Shown: positions 63,683 to 64,000 of the stretch, piece by piece
Position numbering within the stretch: the stretch's first letter is position 1
Layout of the letters: each line of letters begins with the position of its first letter
Origin: Clostridia bacterium
Lineage (GTDB): Bacteria; Bacillota; Clostridia; Christensenellales; CAG-314
Direction of reading: 5' to 3'
Assembly: GCA_900769665.1 (NCBI GenBank)
Contig: CAAGHL010000058.1
Location: forward strand, 6,651-70,650
Length of the DNA stretch: 64,000 nucleotides
The notes under the pieces: generated by a model
The model's input: only the letters and a program-made list of their open reading frames with translations
What the model was told of the DNA's origin: nothing
Database searches by the model: none
Translations under genes and position numbers: made by a program

Positions 63683-64000
63683 ATGGCAAAAAGCAGACTA
63701 ATAGGGGACTACCCCGTAATAGGTATTCGTCCCACAATCGACGGACGTCGCGGCAAGATTAAGGTGCGTGAAAGCTTGGAAGACCAAACCATGAACATGG
63801 CTCGTGCGGCGGCGGAACTTATCCGCAACAACGTGCGTTACAGTAACGGCGAACCCGTAAAAGTAATCATTGCCGACACGACAATCGGCCGTGTTGCCGA
63901 GGCGGCGGCATGTGCGGACAAATTCCGCAAAAACAACGTGGACATCACGCTTACCGTCACACCTTGTTGGTGCTACGGTGCGGAAACCATGGACATGGAC
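63683..64000 (+). CDS. fucI: L-fucose isomerase, 5' part (continues beyond the window)
   Basis: AAAGGAG RBS. The first 106 codons ([32 protein letters not shown]...[19 protein letters not shown]) closely parallel the E. coli FucI N-terminus ([27 protein letters not shown]...TPCWCYGSETIDMD). Confidence 0.9.
   Translation, partial: MAKSRLIGDYPVIGIRPTIDGRRGKIKVRESLEDQTMNMARAAAELIRNNVRYSNGEPVKVIIADTTIGRVAEAAACADKFRKNNVDITLTVTPCWCYGAETMDMD

Noticed and set aside
1-64000. CRISPR arrays, tRNA/rRNA genes, intact mobile elements, toxin-antitoxin or phage-defence cassettes, and an alternative genetic code (TGA = Trp).
   Set aside because: I found no regularly spaced direct repeats or cloverleaf-like segments in the short intergenic regions. 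Only a transposase fragment is present. TGA terminates several well-supported genes (for example 3711-3713 and 38853-38855), and Trp is encoded by TGG throughout.

Overview
Almost fully coding 64-kb window: about 33 genes, all but two on the + strand. It looks like a Gram-positive-type (Bacillota-like) anaerobe, with GGAGG-type RBSs, the standard code (TGA is a stop), many lipobox signal peptides and no LPXTG anchors. Taxon assignment is only a guess. The content is a multi-operon glycan-harvesting island. (i) 1-19108: a surface-protein fragment, a Gfo/Idh/MocA oxidoreductase, two solute-binding lipoproteins, a GH97 lipoprotein, two CUT1-type ABC permeases, an unusually long MalK-like ATPase, a lipoprotein, a GH31 with a PA14 insert and a DUF4965/glutaminase-A-like protein. 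(ii) 19487-20130: a decayed internal fragment of a surface-protein gene. (iii) 20137-30123: a four-gene operon. It encodes an XRE-HTH fused to an ADP-ribosylglycohydrolase (ARH) domain, a membrane-anchored CBM-like protein, a 2147-aa multidomain surface protein that itself carries an ARH-fold domain, and a lipoprotein. (iv) ~30340-30630: an ISL3-transposase scar. (v) 30679-38855: two tandem GH38 alpha-mannosidases plus a repeat-rich lipoprotein. (vi) 39064-51182: a divergent short ABC ATPase, small membrane proteins, a second ABC importer, a 1019-aa lipoprotein and a DUF4838 lipoprotein. (vii) 51303-53561: an AraC regulator and a GH29 fucosidase. (viii) 53841-59953: a 1330-aa repeat lipoprotein and a second DUF4838 ORF that appears separated from it only by a 1-nt frame change. 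(ix) 60331-64000: an unknown cytoplasmic protein, a GH20 hexosaminidase and the 5' part of fucI. I saw no rRNA, tRNA or CRISPR array. The most unusual element is the ARH-centred operon. All family calls come from motif recognition by eye, not from database searches.
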